A stretch of DNA of 63,375 nucleotides, the filler included, from Octopus bimaculoides (lineage: Eukaryota), in NCBI RefSeq assembly GCF_001194135.2. It is 5 parts of 4 records of this genome, joined end to end, with 100 filler letters (N's around TTAATTAATTAA, not from the genome) between each part and the next. Parts side by side here need not be neighbours in the genome. Positions count along the whole stretch, not along the records: positions 61,456 to 63,375 come from NW_026438542.1; 4 more parts are not named here. The stretch is one strand, 5' to 3'. Shown piece by piece: positions 62,125-63,375 of this stretch. The translations under genes were made by a program, and so were the position numbers. Under the pieces are notes generated by a model, which saw only the letters and a program-made list of their open reading frames with translations, searched no databases and had not been told where the DNA came from. Within the stretch, counting starts at the first letter, position 1. Each line of letters opens with the position of its first letter.

Positions 62125-63375
62125 ATATGCATATATTAATGAGTCTCTGTGGATAATTAGATCCTTCTATTAAAATCTCCTGAGGTTGCAAGCTAATTAC
62201 ATTTATTCGAAAAGACCAAAAGAAATGATATAAAAATATAAAATAAAGTGGAAAAAAATCTTAATATGTATTCAATTGAGACACCGTTAAAAGTTTTATA
62301 CAGGCACTTAATTAATTAATAAACTAATTAATTAACTAAAAAAAAATGACGCCACTCTAACTCCGTTACTAATTATGCACAAAATCCTACATGCAACAAA
62401 AAGTAAAAAGCAAAAATTAATATTAAAAAATATATAAAAATATCTGGTCCCTCGGTTTTAACATAAAACCCCCATATTGGTAAGTTATTCTGCTATTTAA
62501 GAATGTGTATGTATGTATAATGGCATGAAGAGAATAATTGGCAGACCTGTTTAACATTTGGTCTTTATGCTTCAAGAACAATAATTTTTCTAATGTGCAA
62601 AGAACTAGAAAATGGTATTTGATTGCTTACAACTTGGTGCTTTCACTAAGAGCTTTATTATACTACAAATATATTACGGCATATTATATCATCATCATCA
62701 TCATCATCATCGTCAGCCTCATCGTTTTATGTCCATTGTCCATATTGACATGGGTTGGACAGTTTGACCAGGGCAAGATATTCCGCAAGGGAACATTCAT
62801 CATCTGATCATCAACATGCCTAATAGGGTCCTTGCATTGAAAAATGCAAAGGGCATGTCTACGAAATATTAAATATTCACATTATAACAATTAATAACTA
62901 ATTTGAATGCATAATTTCAGATTTAGATAGATTTTAATGATTATAAAGGTGTCTATTTACTTCTGTCATGTCTGTGTATGTATATATATGCATATATTAA
63001 GGAGTCTCTTTGGATAATTAGGTGCATAATTAGATCCTTCTTTTAAAATCTCCTGAGGTTGCAAGCTAATTACATTTAAAGACCCAAAGAAATAATATTA
63101 AAATATATAAAGTGAGGAAAAAAAAAACGTAATATTTATTCAATTGAGATATCGTTAAAAGTTTTATACAGGCACTTAATTAATTAATTAATCAAAACAA
63201 ATGACGCCATACTAACTCCGTTACTAATTATGCACAAAATCCTACATGCAACAAAAAGTAAAAAGCAAAAATCAATATAAAAAAAATATAAAATATCTGG
63301 TCCCTTGGTTTTAACATAAAACCCTATATTGGTAAGTTATTCCGCTATTTAAGAATGTTTGTGCATGTATGATGG
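62125..63375 (+). repeat. About 400-bp direct repeat (62125-62523 and 62986-63375, offset 861 bp)
   Basis: Long collinear identity, e.g. aaaatctcctgaggttgcaagctaattacattt and ctaactccgttactaattatgcacaaaatcctacatgcaacaaaaagtaaaaagcaaaaat. Confidence 0.9.

Overview
AT-rich animal genomic DNA that is saturated with repeats. It looks octopus-like; this is inferred from the recurring tRNA-derived SINE families and the heavy microsatellite load, and is not proven. The window has many N gaps, including four artificial N44-TTAATTAATTAA-N44 contig linkers. Only one host gene is confidently recognisable: GEMIN7, an SMN-complex Sm-fold protein, with its coding exon at 46514-46792 on the minus strand. 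The rest is mainly mobile-element debris: several SINE families, RTE/BovB-like and CR1-like LINE fragments, Penelope-like GIY-YIG fragments, Tc1, mariner and DD37D transposon remnants, a Chapaev3-like transposase fossil, MITEs, a 356-bp foldback and an L1/Tx1-like ORF1 fossil. The most notable signal is a recurring set of minimal type-I hammerhead-ribozyme motifs carried by different repeat families. One structurally complete copy (53077-53122, minus) sits in the 3' part of a tRNA-headed SINE, and other copies share non-canonical core variants. Nearly all long ORFs in the supplied track are artefacts of microsatellites or N gaps.
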